A stretch of DNA of 64,000 nt, taken from contig JARRMU010000020.1 in NCBI GenBank assembly GCA_037385645.1, positions 646 to 64,645 of the forward strand, given 5' to 3'. Positions 10,259 to 20,872 of this stretch are shown here, in pieces. The translations under genes were made by a program, and so were the position numbers. Each line of letters starts with the position of its first letter. Within the stretch, counting starts at the first letter, position 1. Origin of the DNA: Gemmatimonadales bacterium (GTDB lineage: Bacteria > Gemmatimonadota > Gemmatimonadetes > Palauibacterales > Palauibacteraceae). The notes under the pieces were generated by a model, which was given only the letters and a program-made list of their open reading frames with translations, did no database searches and was not told where the DNA came from.

Positions 10259-11285
10259 CCAGGCGACGATCCACGTGAAGGGCGGCGCCGGCGGTGCCGG
10301 AGCGATGGCCTTTCGTCGGGAAAAGGGTGTGCCGTTCGGCGGACCGAGCGGAGGCGATGGAGGCGACGGGGGCGACGTGGTGCTTGTGGCCGATTCTCAG
10401 CTTCACACGCTTCTCGACTACAGCTATCGGCAACACTACAAGGCCGGGCGAGCCGGGCATGGCGAAGGCTCCAACCGCCATGGCGCGGACGGGGAGGACC
10501 TCGTACTGCCGGTACCGTTGGGCACCGTGGTGAGGGACCAGGAGACGGGCGAGCGCCTGGGCGAGCTTCTGGAAGCCGGTGAGCGGCTGGTGGCCGCACG
10601 AGGTGGGCGGGGTGGCCGTGGGAACGCCGCGTTCGCTACGGCGACGCGGCAGGCGCCACGGCACTGGGAGCCCGGTGAGTGGGGCGAAGAGCGAAGCCTC
10701 GTCCTCGAGCTGAAGCTGATCGCGGACGTCGGGCTCGTCGGCGAACCGAACGCCGGAAAGAGCACCCTGCTCGCGGCGGTCTCGGCGGCCCGTCCGAAGG
10801 TGGCTGCCTACCCGTTCACGACGCTGGCCCCCAATCTGGGCGTGGTGCAGCTGTCCGATGCACGGCGTTTCGTCATCGCCGACATCCCCGGACTCATCGA
10901 GGGGGCTCACGAGGGAAAGGGTCTGGGCACGCAGTTCCTGCGGCACATCGAGCGCACCAGAACGCTCGCGCTGCTCATTCCAATCGACGCCGGAGACATC
11001 CAGGAAGCGTACGAGCTTCTCAGGCACGAGCTGCTCTCTCACGACGCGGCGCTCGCAGGGATACCGTTCTGCGTCTTGCTCACGAAGGTCGATCTCGTTC
11101 CCGCACCACGGGACGTCGAGTTGGAGGCCCCCGAAGCATGGGGCGTCTTTGAGCTCTCGTCGGTCACGGGGGAAGGCCTTCGGGACGCGCTGGAGGCGCT
11201 CTGGGCGCGTCTCGCCGAGGAAGAGGACGCTCGCAACGGTGGGGATGAGGAGCGTTTTCCCGAGCTCGAAGGGTGGACGCCGTAG
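10248..11285 (+). CDS. obg: GTPase Obg
   Basis: Gly-rich Obg fold domain (GGAGGAGA..GGDGGDGGD) plus G1 GEPNAGKST. Confidence 0.95.
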   Translation: MFVDQATIHVKGGAGGAGAMAFRREKGVPFGGPSGGDGGDGGDVVLVADSQLHTLLDYSYRQHYKAGRAGHGEGSNRHGADGEDLVLPVPLGTVVRDQETGERLGELLEAGERLVAARGGRGGRGNAAFATATRQAPRHWEPGEWGEERSLVLELKLIADVGLVGEPNAGKSTLLAAVSAARPKVAAYPFTTLAPNLGVVQLSDARRFVIADIPGLIEGAHEGKGLGTQFLRHIERTRTLALLIPIDAGDIQEAYELLRHELLSHDAALAGIPFCVLLTKVDLVPAPRDVELEAPEAWGVFELSSVTGEGLRDALEALWARLAEEEDARNGGDEERFPELEGWTP

Positions 11286-12511
11286 GTCGAACAACGGACA
11301 CCCCGAGCCACGGAGATCGCGGCAGCGGTGGCCAGAAGCCGGGCGCCGACCTGCAGGAGCTGACAGCGGCGCTGGCGCTTGCCGAGGTGCCCCGGCTGGG
11401 TGCGGTCCGCCTGCGTAGGCTGATCGATGAATCCGGCTCGGCTCGGGAGCTCCTGCGCCGAGCGCATGGCTCGGGGCCTCCGCTCTCCGCGACCGTCCAG
11501 CGACGCCTGGCCGGCGTCCGGCCGGCCCCGGTAGAACAGGTGCGAGAGCTGGCGCGTCGCGGGATCCGGCTCCTGGCCTACGGCTCGAACGGGTATCCAG
11601 AGCGCCTCCAGCACCTCTTCGATCCGCCCCTTCTCCTTTACCTTCGCGGGTCTCTTGATCTCATGGACCGACGCATGGGAGGCATCGTGGCCATCGTCGG
11701 TACCCGACGAGCCACCCCGTATGGCCGACGCATGGCCCGTGAGATCGCGGCGGGCCTGGCGAAAGCCGGCTGGGCGGTCGTCAGCGGGATGGCGCGGGGA
11801 ATCGACGGGGAGGCGCACGCAGCCGCGCTTGACGCTGGAGGCGCGACGATCGGGGTCCTCGGGTCAGGCTTGGATTTCACCTACCCGGCGGTCCATCGGC
11901 CGCTTTACCGGCGAATGGTCCGAACCGGACTCCTGGTCAGTGAGTTCGCCCCCTCTACGCCTCCGGCGCCCGGGCTGTTTCCCCGCCGAAATCGAATCAT
12001 CGCGGCGCTCGCCCAAGCGGTGGTCGTGGTTCAAGCGCCTGCCCGAAGCGGAGCGCTGATCACCGCTGACCACGCCCTCGACCTCGGGAGGGACGTTCTG
12101 GCCGTACCGGGCCCCGTCGGCCTCGAGCCGAGCGTCGGTACGCATAGTCTGCTGGGAGATGGGGCGGCGGTCGCCACCTGCGCTTCCGATGTGCTGGCAC
12201 AGGTCAACGGGCCCGACTGCGCGTCCCTCGGGCGCCCGGAATCTCGGCAGAACAGGGGCGGTGAATGCGAGCAGGAGCCGAAGGTGCATCTCGGCGATTC
12301 GGCCCGGCGAGTCCTGGCGCGACTCTCGATCGGACCCGCGAACGCCGACGAGCTCGTGAGGTCTTCGTCCCGTCCCGTGCCTGAAGCTCTCGCCACGCTT
12401 GGAAGCCTCGAGCTGGAGGGGATCTTGCAACGGCAAGGGGATGGCAGGTACGTCTTAGCGTCACGAGATAGCCGTGCGGGCGGCCGGGAGCTGGAACGCT
12501 TTCCAAGCTAA
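11273..12511 (+). CDS. dprA: DNA processing protein DprA (Smf)
   Basis: Rossmann-like DprA core (IVGTRRATPYG...GMARGIDGEAHAAAL...GSGLDFTYP). Confidence 0.9.
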   Translation: MDAVGRTTDTPSHGDRGSGGQKPGADLQELTAALALAEVPRLGAVRLRRLIDESGSARELLRRAHGSGPPLSATVQRRLAGVRPAPVEQVRELARRGIRLLAYGSNGYPERLQHLFDPPLLLYLRGSLDLMDRRMGGIVAIVGTRRATPYGRRMAREIAAGLAKAGWAVVSGMARGIDGEAHAAALDAGGATIGVLGSGLDFTYPAVHRPLYRRMVRTGLLVSEFAPSTPPAPGLFPRRNRIIAALAQAVVVVQAPARSGALITADHALDLGRDVLAVPGPVGLEPSVGTHSLLGDGAAVATCASDVLAQVNGPDCASLGRPESRQNRGGECEQEPKVHLGDSARRVLARLSIGPANADELVRSSSRPVPEALATLGSLELEGILQRQGDGRYVLASRDSRAGGRELERFPS

Positions 12512-12589
12512 ACGCGTATCGAAGGGCGATCTTCGACGTCGCTCCGCCGTTCCGAGTGGTGGAAGCAAGGACAACCGAGCAGCGAGTCC

Positions 12590-13627
12590 ATGTTGCAGAG
12601 TCTGACCGATCGCGAGAGGGCCGTACTGATCGCCGTTCTCGAGAGCTACATCGAATCGGCGGAGCCCGCGGGCTCGCGAACCATCGCGAAGCAGTACGCG
12701 CTGGGTGTTTCCCCCGCCACCGTGCGGAACACGATGGCGGATCTCGAGACGAAGGGGTATCTGACCCACCCCCATACGTCGGCCGGGCGGGTGCCTACCG
12801 ATCTGGCCTACCGCTATTACGTCGACGAGCTCATGGGGCCGCGCCCGCTCTCGACCGTCCAACAGGTGCGGATCGAGCAGGAGCTGACCAGCGGTCAGGC
12901 GAGCGCGATCGAAGAGCTCATCTCTCGGGCCGCCTCGGTGTTGAGCCTCCTAACCGGGGAGCTCGGCCTGGCGATCGGGCCGACGCTCTCGACGGCCGTG
13001 CTGCAGCGAATGGACCTCGTCCCCGTCGACTCGGAGAAGGTCCTCCTCGTGTTCACCCTCGAGTCGGGCGTCGTCCGGACGGTCTACGTGGACCTGAGGA
13101 GCGGGCTGCCGCGGCAGACGCTCTCCGGGTTGGCCGCGGTGCTGAATGAGCGTCTGGCGGGCAGCACGCTAAGCGACATCAAGGCGACACTCGGAGAGCG
13201 GCTTCGTGACCTCGACATGAAGGAGGCGGGGAACCTGATCAACATCTTCGTGGAGTCGGGTCCCGAGATCTTCGACTGGGTCACGACGAACCGCCAGGTG
13301 CACCTCGGTACCGCATCTTCGCTTGCCGACCAACCGGAGTTCACCACGCAGGAGGGACTGCGGCAGCTCATCGAGCTCACGGAACGGCGAGAGCTTCTCG
13401 CTTCCGTGCTCGGTCAGCGGGCGCGGGAGAGCGGACCTCAGATCACGATCGGAACCGAGCACGAAGCTCCCGAGCTCCTCGACCTGACCGTGGTGACCGC
13501 CAGCTACGAGGTTGGCCATCTCCATGGAGTGGTGGGAGTGATCGGGCCGACCCGAATGCCCTACGACAAGGTCGTGGCCGTCGTGGACTGCACGTCCTCC
13601 CTCGTCTCCCGATTGATGCAGCATTGA
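12590..13627 (+). CDS. hrcA: heat-inducible transcription repressor HrcA
   Basis: N-terminal wHTH (PAGSRTIAKQYALGVSPATVRNTMADLE) and HrcA C-domain. Confidence 0.9.
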   Translation: MLQSLTDRERAVLIAVLESYIESAEPAGSRTIAKQYALGVSPATVRNTMADLETKGYLTHPHTSAGRVPTDLAYRYYVDELMGPRPLSTVQQVRIEQELTSGQASAIEELISRAASVLSLLTGELGLAIGPTLSTAVLQRMDLVPVDSEKVLLVFTLESGVVRTVYVDLRSGLPRQTLSGLAAVLNERLAGSTLSDIKATLGERLRDLDMKEAGNLINIFVESGPEIFDWVTTNRQVHLGTASSLADQPEFTTQEGLRQLIELTERRELLASVLGQRARESGPQITIGTEHEAPELLDLTVVTASYEVGHLHGVVGVIGPTRMPYDKVVAVVDCTSSLVSRLMQH

Positions 13628-13659
13628 ACCGCCCTCGACACGGCCCCGTCGGACGATAG

Positions 13660-14799
13660 ATGGCAGATTACTACGACGTGCTCGGAGTCTCCCGACAGGC
13701 GGGCTCCGAGGAGATCAAGAAGGCCTACCGCAAACAGGCGATGCGGTATCACCCCGACCGCAACGACTCGCCGGATGCCGAAGCCAACTTCAAGACGGTC
13801 ACGCAGGCCTACGAAGTGCTGCGCGATCCGCAGCAACGGGACCTCTACGACCGCTACGGCGAGGCCGGAATACGCCGTGGCGCTGGAGCGGGCGCCGGGA
13901 TGGGCGGATTCAACTTCGCGGACGCCTTCGACGTCTTCATGCGCGAGTTTGGCGGCGGAAGCGCGTTTGGAGACCTGTTCCAGCAGCGACGCCGCACGGG
14001 ACCGCAACGCGGCAGCGATGTGAGGGTGCGGCTCAAGATCAGTCTCGCCGAAGCCGCGACAGGGGCAAAGAAGACGCTACGCGTCCGTCTCCTGGACCGC
14101 TGCGAACACTGCGAGGGCAGCGGCGCCGAGCCCGGTACCGCTCCCGTCACGTGCAGCGCGTGCGCCGGAGCCGGCGAAGTCAGATCGGTTCAGCGCTCGT
14201 TGCTCGGTCAGTTCGTGAGCGTGCGTCCCTGCCCGCAGTGCGGTGGAGATGGCCGCATCATCGAGAGCAGGTGCGGCGAGTGCGACGGCCAGGGCCGCCT
14301 GCAGCGCGACAGGAAGATCTCGGTCGAGGCGCCAGCCGGCGTCTCGTCCGATGATTTTCTGCGGCTCTCCGGCCGGGGCAATTCAGGGCCGAAGGGCGGC
14401 CCCCCCGGCGACCTGTTGGTGGCGATCGAGGTCGAGGACGACCCGAGATTCGAGCGTCACGGTGATGACTTGATCCACAACCTCGCGGTCACCTTCACGC
14501 AAGCGGCGCTCGGCGACGAGATCACGGTCCCCACGATCGATGGGGAGTCAGAGCTGGAGATCCCGGCAGGCATTCAGAGCGGCCAGGCCCTGCGCCGGCG
14601 TGGACGCGGCAGGCCGCGACTTCGGGGTCAGGGCAAAGGGGACCTGATCGTGCGCGTGTTGGTCTGGACGCCGACTCGTCTTTCGTCCGCGCAGCGCGAA
14701 GCGCTCGAGGGATTAGCTCCCCTCGAGGATGTTCCCCCGGTCCCCGACACGAAGGAGCCCGGCTTCTGGGAGCGCGTGAAGCAGGCGTTCAGCGCCTGA
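13660..14799 (+). CDS. dnaJ: chaperone DnaJ
   Basis: J-domain with HPD, G/F region, four CxxCxGxG zinc repeats. Confidence 0.95.
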   Translation: MADYYDVLGVSRQAGSEEIKKAYRKQAMRYHPDRNDSPDAEANFKTVTQAYEVLRDPQQRDLYDRYGEAGIRRGAGAGAGMGGFNFADAFDVFMREFGGGSAFGDLFQQRRRTGPQRGSDVRVRLKISLAEAATGAKKTLRVRLLDRCEHCEGSGAEPGTAPVTCSACAGAGEVRSVQRSLLGQFVSVRPCPQCGGDGRIIESRCGECDGQGRLQRDRKISVEAPAGVSSDDFLRLSGRGNSGPKGGPPGDLLVAIEVEDDPRFERHGDDLIHNLAVTFTQAALGDEITVPTIDGESELEIPAGIQSGQALRRRGRGRPRLRGQGKGDLIVRVLVWTPTRLSSAQREALEGLAPLEDVPPVPDTKEPGFWERVKQAFSA

Positions 14800-14807
14800 C
14801 GCAGGGC

Positions 14808-15533
14808 TCAGCGCCCCAATTGGGCCGCTGCCTCGGCATCCACCACCCACGTTCCACCTCGGGCCAATCGGGCTGGACAACGTGAGACAGCCACCTCTCC
14901 GAGGAGCGCGTCGCGCACAGAGTCGGCCTTCGCCCGCCCGCGGGCGAACAGGAAGATACGGCCAGCCGAGCGCACGACGGGGGGCGTGATCGTCAGTCGC
15001 TCGGTAGGTGGAGATGGACTTCGGGCCGGTGCAACCCGGCGCACAGTCTCCCTCAGGTTGGGCGATCCCGGAAACAGCGACGCCGTGTGTCCATCCTCTC
15101 CGATTCCGAGCACGAGAAGGTCCACGCGCGGCGGCAACTGGCGCTCGTAGTCCTCGGCCGCCTCGTTCAGGTCGGAGCGGTCGGCCTCCATCCGGTGGAC
15201 GGAGGCGGCCGGAATCGGCAGACGGTCGAGGAGAGCTTCGCGGACGAGCCGGTAATTGCTGGCCGGGTCATCAGGCGGGACGGCACGCTCGTCGGCGAAG
15301 AACACACGCACCCGCTCCCACGCGATGTCCGGGCATGCTGCCAGCGCCTCGTAGATCGGGCCGGGGGTAGACCCGCCGGAGAGCGCGAGCGAGAGTTCGC
15401 GGTTGCCGAAACCGCGAAGAGCCGCCGCCAGCACATCGACGCCCCTGTCGACGAACGTGGCCGCGGGGACCAGGTGGATCTCGGTCTTCCCGACCCGGCG
15501 CGGCTCGGGCGCTGCGTCAGGCTCCTGCTTCAC
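14808..15533 (-). CDS. pgl: 6-phosphogluconolactonase
   Basis: LSGGSTP..FFADER..DLLVLGIGEDGHTASLFPG motifs; GTG start 2 nt after zwf stop; 5' part of the long ORF is a run-on. Confidence 0.85.
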   Translation of the reverse strand: MKQEPDAAPEPRRVGKTEIHLVPAATFVDRGVDVLAAALRGFGNRELSLALSGGSTPGPIYEALAACPDIAWERVRVFFADERAVPPDDPASNYRLVREALLDRLPIPAASVHRMEADRSDLNEAAEDYERQLPPRVDLLVLGIGEDGHTASLFPGSPNLRETVRRVAPARSPSPPTERLTITPPVVRSAGRIFLFARGRAKADSVRDALLGEVAVSRCPARLARGGTWVVDAEAAAQLGR

Positions 15534-15534
15534 G

Positions 15535-17076
15535 TCAGATGTTGCGCCAGGCGCGGCCGTCTCGTCGCAGGAGATCCTCGGCCGCGACCGGACCCCACGT
15601 CCCCGCCGCGTAGTTCGGAAAGTCTGGGGGCGGCTGGTCGTCCCAATGCTCGACGATCGGGTCCACGACCCGCCAGGCCTCGTTGATCCAGTCGGCGCGC
15701 GCAAACAGCGTCTGATCGCCCTGCATGACATCCAGAAGCAGCCAGGCATACGCTCGCGGCGGCCGCTCCACCCCGAAAGCATCGGCGTACCGAAAGTCCA
15801 TCGTCACGTCGCTCAACGTCAGGTCGGGTCCGGGCTGCTTAGCGATGAAGCGTTGAACGATCCCCTCTTCCGGCTGCAGTCGGAAGGCCAGAACGTTCGG
15901 AGCCGAGCCGGAGTTCGCCCCGGGGAACATGACGTGGGGCGTCGGCTTGAAGTGAATGGCCACCTCGGTGAGCTTCCGCGCCATGCGCTTGCCGGTCCGC
16001 AGATAGAAGGGCACGCCCGACCATCTCCAGTTGTCCAGCCCCAGCCGGATCGCCGTGAAGGTCGGCGTCGTCGAGTCGGGGTCCACCCCCTCCTCTTCTC
16101 GATAGCCGTGGGCGGGGGCGCCTTCCCCGCCGCCCGGGCCGTATTGACCACGCACGGCCTCCCGCTCGACGTCCACCGGCTTGCGGTTCACCGCCTGGAG
16201 GATCTTGACCGTCTCATCGCGCAGGGATGAACCGTCGAAGTTCACGGGCGGCTCGATCGCAGCCATGCACAGCAGCTGCAGCAGGTGGTTCTGGACCATG
16301 TCTCGGACGACGCCGGTCTTCTCGTAGAACGCGGAACGGGTGCCGATGCCGATCTGCTCAGACACCGTGATCTGCACGTGATCGATATAGTTCCGGTTCC
16401 AGATCGGCTCGAAGGCCGGATTGGCGAACCGGAAGACGAGCATGTTCTGGACCGTCTCCTTTCCGAGGAAGTGGTCGATTCGGTAGATCTGATCCTCGCG
16501 GAAAGAACGCCTTAGCTGGCGGTCGAGCTCGAGCGCGCTCGCCAGGTCCACCCCGAAGGGCTTTTCGATGACAAGCCGCCGCCAGCCATCTTCGCCGGCC
16601 GCGAGCCCCGACTCGGCGAGCCGTTCGGTGATGACGCCGAAGGTGGAGGGCGGCATGGCGAGATGAAAGAAGACGTTGTCCGGGATTCCGAATTCCGCCG
16701 CCACCGCCTCGACGCTTGCCTTCAGATCGGCGTATCCTTCCTCGGGTGGTCCGGTGGCATCGCCCTGCACGTAACTCAGCCGACGGGCGAAGTCCTTCCA
16801 CGCCTCGGGCTCCCACACGCACTCGTCTTTGATCGCCTGCTGAGCGACCTGCCTGAAGTGCTCGGAGCTCCATTCCCGTCGAGCGCATCCGACGATCGCG
16901 AGGCGCTCCGGCAAGAGCTCTTTGCAGTAGAGCTCGAACAGGGAGGGGAGAAGCTCCGTGCTGGCCAGGTCCCCGGTCGCGCCGAAGATCACCATCACGC
17001 ACGGGTCTGCGGGTGCGCCGGGCATCAGGCCACCGTCTGAGACCCGAACAACCCGTGCGGAGCGCTCGCCGGCCAC
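15535..17076 (-). CDS. zwf: glucose-6-phosphate 1-dehydrogenase
   Basis: GATGDLA NADP motif, RIDHFLGKE active site; start either GTG 17076 or ATG 17025. Confidence 0.9.
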   Translation of the reverse strand: MAGERSARVVRVSDGGLMPGAPADPCVMVIFGATGDLASTELLPSLFELYCKELLPERLAIVGCARREWSSEHFRQVAQQAIKDECVWEPEAWKDFARRLSYVQGDATGPPEEGYADLKASVEAVAAEFGIPDNVFFHLAMPPSTFGVITERLAESGLAAGEDGWRRLVIEKPFGVDLASALELDRQLRRSFREDQIYRIDHFLGKETVQNMLVFRFANPAFEPIWNRNYIDHVQITVSEQIGIGTRSAFYEKTGVVRDMVQNHLLQLLCMAAIEPPVNFDGSSLRDETVKILQAVNRKPVDVEREAVRGQYGPGGGEGAPAHGYREEEGVDPDSTTPTFTAIRLGLDNWRWSGVPFYLRTGKRMARKLTEVAIHFKPTPHVMFPGANSGSAPNVLAFRLQPEEGIVQRFIAKQPGPDLTLSDVTMDFRYADAFGVERPPRAYAWLLLDVMQGDQTLFARADWINEAWRVVDPIVEHWDDQPPPDFPNYAAGTWGPVAAEDLLRRDGRAWRNI

Positions 17077-17077
17077 G

Positions 17078-17977
17078 TCAGTCCTCGCGCACAGCGTGAC
17101 CGCCGAACTGGTTGCGCAGGGCGGCGATGACCTGATGGGCGAAGCGCGATTCCGTTCGCGAATCGAACCGCTCGTAAAGGGCTTGGGTGATCGTGGGTAG
17201 CGGAATGGCCTTCTCCAGAGCGTAGTCCACCGTCCATCTCCCCGTGCCCGAGTCGTCGATCCACGGCCCGATTCGCGCCAGCTCGTTGCCCTCCGCCCCG
17301 AAGGCGTCGGCCAGAAGCTGGAGCAGCCAGCATCGGATCACCGAGCCGTTGTCCCACAACTGGGCGATGCTCCGCAGGTCGAGGTCGAAGTCGGAGCGCC
17401 GCAGGCACTCGAAGCCCTCTCCGAGCGCCTCGAGCATGGCGTATTCGATGGCGTTGTGGATCATCTTCACGAAGTGACCGGCCCCGTTCGGCCCGACGTG
17501 CAGGAACCCGTTCTCGGGCGCCAGCGATCGGAACACAGGCTCCAGTCGCTCGACCGCTTCGCCGGATCCACCGATCATCAGGTTGTAGCCGACCTCCCGG
17601 CCCCACACGCCGCCGCTGACGCCGATGTCCAGGAAGAGCACCTCACGCTCGGCGCACAGCCCGGCGTGCTCGATCGACTCGGCGTACCAGGAGTTCCCGC
17701 CGTCCACGATCAGGTCGCCGGGCTCCAGTGCGTCAAGCAGCGACGCGATCGTCTCCGTCGTCGGCCGGCCATGCGGGACCATCACCCAGACCGTGCGCGG
17801 AGCCGGGAGAGCCGCGACCAGCCGGTCCAATGACTCGAGCGTCTCGACGCCGTGGCTAGCTGCCGCCGCGGCGTTTTCCTTAGACAGATCGAACCCGCTG
17901 ACGGAGATGCCGTCCTCGATGAGACGCCGCGCCATGTTGGAGCCCATCTTTCCGAGGCCGATCAGACCGAGCTTCAT
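17078..17977 (-). CDS. gnd: 6-phosphogluconate dehydrogenase, short (~300 aa) NAD(P)-binding form
   Basis: MKLGLIGLGKMGSNMARRL Rossmann N-terminus; GAGG RBS. Confidence 0.85.
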   Translation of the reverse strand: MKLGLIGLGKMGSNMARRLIEDGISVSGFDLSKENAAAAASHGVETLESLDRLVAALPAPRTVWVMVPHGRPTTETIASLLDALEPGDLIVDGGNSWYAESIEHAGLCAEREVLFLDIGVSGGVWGREVGYNLMIGGSGEAVERLEPVFRSLAPENGFLHVGPNGAGHFVKMIHNAIEYAMLEALGEGFECLRRSDFDLDLRSIAQLWDNGSVIRCWLLQLLADAFGAEGNELARIGPWIDDSGTGRWTVDYALEKAIPLPTITQALYERFDSRTESRFAHQVIAALRNQFGGHAVRED

Positions 17978-18052
17978 ACCTACCTCGTGCGTTGGAGAGT
18001 CTATGATCCGACAGACAGGGGCCGGCGACCGGCCGCTCCGTTTCCGGGGCTG

Positions 18053-20872
18053 CTAGGCGTCGCTCGCGAGTCGAGCCAGCGCTGCTTCGATGTCGGCGCC
18101 AAGATGGATACGGGCGACCCGACGGCCGCGTGCGGCCAGGGATCGGAAGTCCCCCAGCGCCTGAGCGAGCATCAGACGTCCGAAACCGCCGTCCTGGCCG
18201 GGGATGTCGATCTCGACGGGCGGACTCGCCGTCAGGAGAAGGAAGATTCCCGTTGCCGGACCGCCTTTGTGGAGCTGGCCGGTGGAGTGGAGGTAACGCG
18301 GCCCGTAGCCGATCGTCGTGGCGACGTGATGTTCGGCCCGCAGGCGGGCGCGCAGCGCCTCGAGCGCCCCGTCCCGCTCGGCGGTCTCGGCAAAGTAGGG
18401 CAGGATCGCGACGTAGTCGCCGCTCGTCGCGAGGTTGGCAATGGCCTCGACCGCTTCGGTGGGAGAGCCGTTGGAGGCGGGCAGCGAGTTCCCCCCTCCC
18501 CAGTAGACGGCGAGCCTCCCATCGTCGGCCACCGGAGCTTCGTCGATCGGTTCTTCCTCATCCCGCCACTCGGAGAGCACCTCGCGCGCGCTGCGCTTGC
18601 TCTCCTCCACGTTGGGCTGGTCGAACGGGTTGATGTGGAGGAGGGCCCCGGCAGTCGCGATCGCGAGCTCCCAACGGTAGAACTCGCCCCCGAGCGCGAG
18701 CCGATCGGGCAGCTGGAAGCGGAGAACCGGGTGTATAGCTCCCAGCCGGTCGAGCTCGGCGGCGGCTTTCTCGGCCTCGGCCTCCAGTCCAAGCCAGACG
18801 AAGACCCGATCCGATCCGTACTCCGATGGGTCTCCCAGCGGCTCATCGGCGATCGGAACAAGCCCACGTCCGTTCTTGCCCGTGCTCTCGGCGATCAACT
18901 GCTCGGCCCAGAGGGCGAAAGAGGACAGGGCGCCGGTGGCGGTGAAGGTCACCTTGTCGCGGCCCTGCAGCGCGAGGGTCGCCAGCGTCGTCCCGAGTCG
19001 GGTCCCCTGATTATGGCTGGCCGGAACGACCGGGCCGCAGAGCGCCCGCATCGCTCGGGCCCGCTCCAGCAGCTCTTCAATTGGCACGCCGCAGAGGGCC
19101 ATCGGGACCAGGCCGAAGTACGAGAGAACCGAATATCGTCCGCCGATGTCGGGCGGGTTCTCGAAGCAGGCCCGGAAGCCACAGGCGGCAGCTTCGTCGG
19201 CGAGCGGCGTCCCGGGGTCCGTGATCGCGATGAAGCGGCTGCCCGGGGCGCCCACCGTCACCTCGAGGCGGTTCCTGAAGTACCGGTAGAAGCTCATTGT
19301 CTCCAGCGTTGTCCCCGACTTGCTGGCGACGATAAACAGCGTGGAAGCGAGGTCGATCTGGTTCTCGATCCGGCTGACGGCCTCCGGGTCGGTGCTGTCC
19401 AGAACGAGCAACCGGGGCCAGCCTTCCAGCGCGCCGAACGTTCGGCGCGCCACCTCCGAGGCCAGGCTACTGCCACCCATCCCGAGGAGGACGACGGCGC
19501 TGGTTCCTTCAGCCCGCGCCTGGGCGGCGAAATCGGCAAGATCTGGCGCCCGTTCGGAGAAGAGCTCAACGGCGTCGAGCCAGCCGAGTCGTCCGCGGAT
19601 CTCGCTCGCAGCCTCCGGCTCCCAGGCGTCCCAGACGGACGCATCCCGAGCGTAGACCCTTCTTCCGAACTGAGCGCCCTGCAGGGCGGCGAGCCGCGCC
19701 TCGACGGTGCTCTCGGCGCCCGCGAGGTCGGACCGAACGACCGTGAGCGACTCGGCAAGCACGTCCTGCATCCGGTCTACGATCGTGACCATGAGCTCGT
19801 CAAAAGGCTGGATGAACTTCTGAACGCCCTCGTTCTCGAGCTCCCACGCCACGCGATCGAAATCAATGCCCACGTCCGCGAGCTCCTGCAGGACCCGCTC
19901 GGCAGCGTCCACGTGGAGGGCGACCGTGTCCTCCACCCTGCCGTGGTCGGCGAACGCATCGATCGTGGAGTCCGGCAGCGTGTTCACAGTGTCGGGGCCG
20001 ATCAGCGGCTCCACGTAGCGGACGTCATCGTACAGCGGGTTCTTGGTGCTTGTGGAGGCCCACAGCATCCGCTGCACCCGCGCCCCCGCGCCGGCGAGCG
20101 CTTGCCACCTGTCGGTTGCCGCGATCTCCAGGAACCTCTGGTACGCCAGCTTGGCGTTTGCCACGGCGGCCTTGCCGAGCAAACGCTCCGGCGGTGGCTG
20201 CCGGCTGGCGGCTGGTGAGATTCGCCCACCGAGGAGGATGTCGGTCAGGGAGTCGATACGGCTGAGGAAGAAACTGGCCACCGACGCCACGTCGTCGACG
20301 GGCAGCCCCTCCCGATGCCGCCGCTCCAGGCCCCTGATGTAGGCCAGCGCGATCGCCTCGTAGCTATCGATGGAGAACAGCAGGGTGACGTTCACGCTGA
20401 CGCCGCGGTAGGTGCACTCCTCGATGGCAGGCACGCCGGCCGCGGTCCCCGGAATCTTGATGAGGACGTTGGGACGGTCCACCCAGGCGTGAAGCCGACA
20501 GGCTTCGTCGATGGTGGCATCCGTGTCGTGCGCGAGGTAGGGGGAGACCTCGAGACTTACGTACCCATCGACTCCCCGGGACCCGTCCCACACCGGTCGC
20601 AGCACATCGCAAGCGTCCTGAATGTCCCTGACGACCAGCTCCTCGTAGATGTCGCCCACCGCGCGCCCCTCGGCCACGAGCTCCGAGATCTGGTCGTCGT
20701 AGTCGTGTCCCTTGGAGATCGCCTTGTTGAAGATCGCCGGGTTGGACGTCACGCCTCGCAATCCGTCATCCCGGACACGCCGCTCGAGCTCTCCGGAGCG
20801 GATCATCCCGCGCGTCAGGTTGTCCAGCCAGTAGCTCTGGCCATGGCTAAGCAGCTCGTGAAGTGGGTTCAT
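18053..20872 (-). CDS. bifunctional transaldolase / glucose-6-phosphate isomerase fusion
   Basis: N-terminal Tal (GVTSNPAIF) plus C-terminal PGI sugar-isomerase domains in one 939-aa ORF. Confidence 0.9.
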   Translation of the reverse strand: MNPLHELLSHGQSYWLDNLTRGMIRSGELERRVRDDGLRGVTSNPAIFNKAISKGHDYDDQISELVAEGRAVGDIYEELVVRDIQDACDVLRPVWDGSRGVDGYVSLEVSPYLAHDTDATIDEACRLHAWVDRPNVLIKIPGTAAGVPAIEECTYRGVSVNVTLLFSIDSYEAIALAYIRGLERRHREGLPVDDVASVASFFLSRIDSLTDILLGGRISPAASRQPPPERLLGKAAVANAKLAYQRFLEIAATDRWQALAGAGARVQRMLWASTSTKNPLYDDVRYVEPLIGPDTVNTLPDSTIDAFADHGRVEDTVALHVDAAERVLQELADVGIDFDRVAWELENEGVQKFIQPFDELMVTIVDRMQDVLAESLTVVRSDLAGAESTVEARLAALQGAQFGRRVYARDASVWDAWEPEAASEIRGRLGWLDAVELFSERAPDLADFAAQARAEGTSAVVLLGMGGSSLASEVARRTFGALEGWPRLLVLDSTDPEAVSRIENQIDLASTLFIVASKSGTTLETMSFYRYFRNRLEVTVGAPGSRFIAITDPGTPLADEAAACGFRACFENPPDIGGRYSVLSYFGLVPMALCGVPIEELLERARAMRALCGPVVPASHNQGTRLGTTLATLALQGRDKVTFTATGALSSFALWAEQLIAESTGKNGRGLVPIADEPLGDPSEYGSDRVFVWLGLEAEAEKAAAELDRLGAIHPVLRFQLPDRLALGGEFYRWELAIATAGALLHINPFDQPNVEESKRSAREVLSEWRDEEEPIDEAPVADDGRLAVYWGGGNSLPASNGSPTEAVEAIANLATSGDYVAILPYFAETAERDGALEALRARLRAEHHVATTIGYGPRYLHSTGQLHKGGPATGIFLLLTASPPVEIDIPGQDGGFGRLMLAQALGDFRSLAARGRRVARIHLGADIEAALARLASDA

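Noticed and set aside
15087-15686. 199-aa plus-strand ORF
   Set aside because: It is opposite the well-conserved pgl/zwf coding regions and shows no homology.
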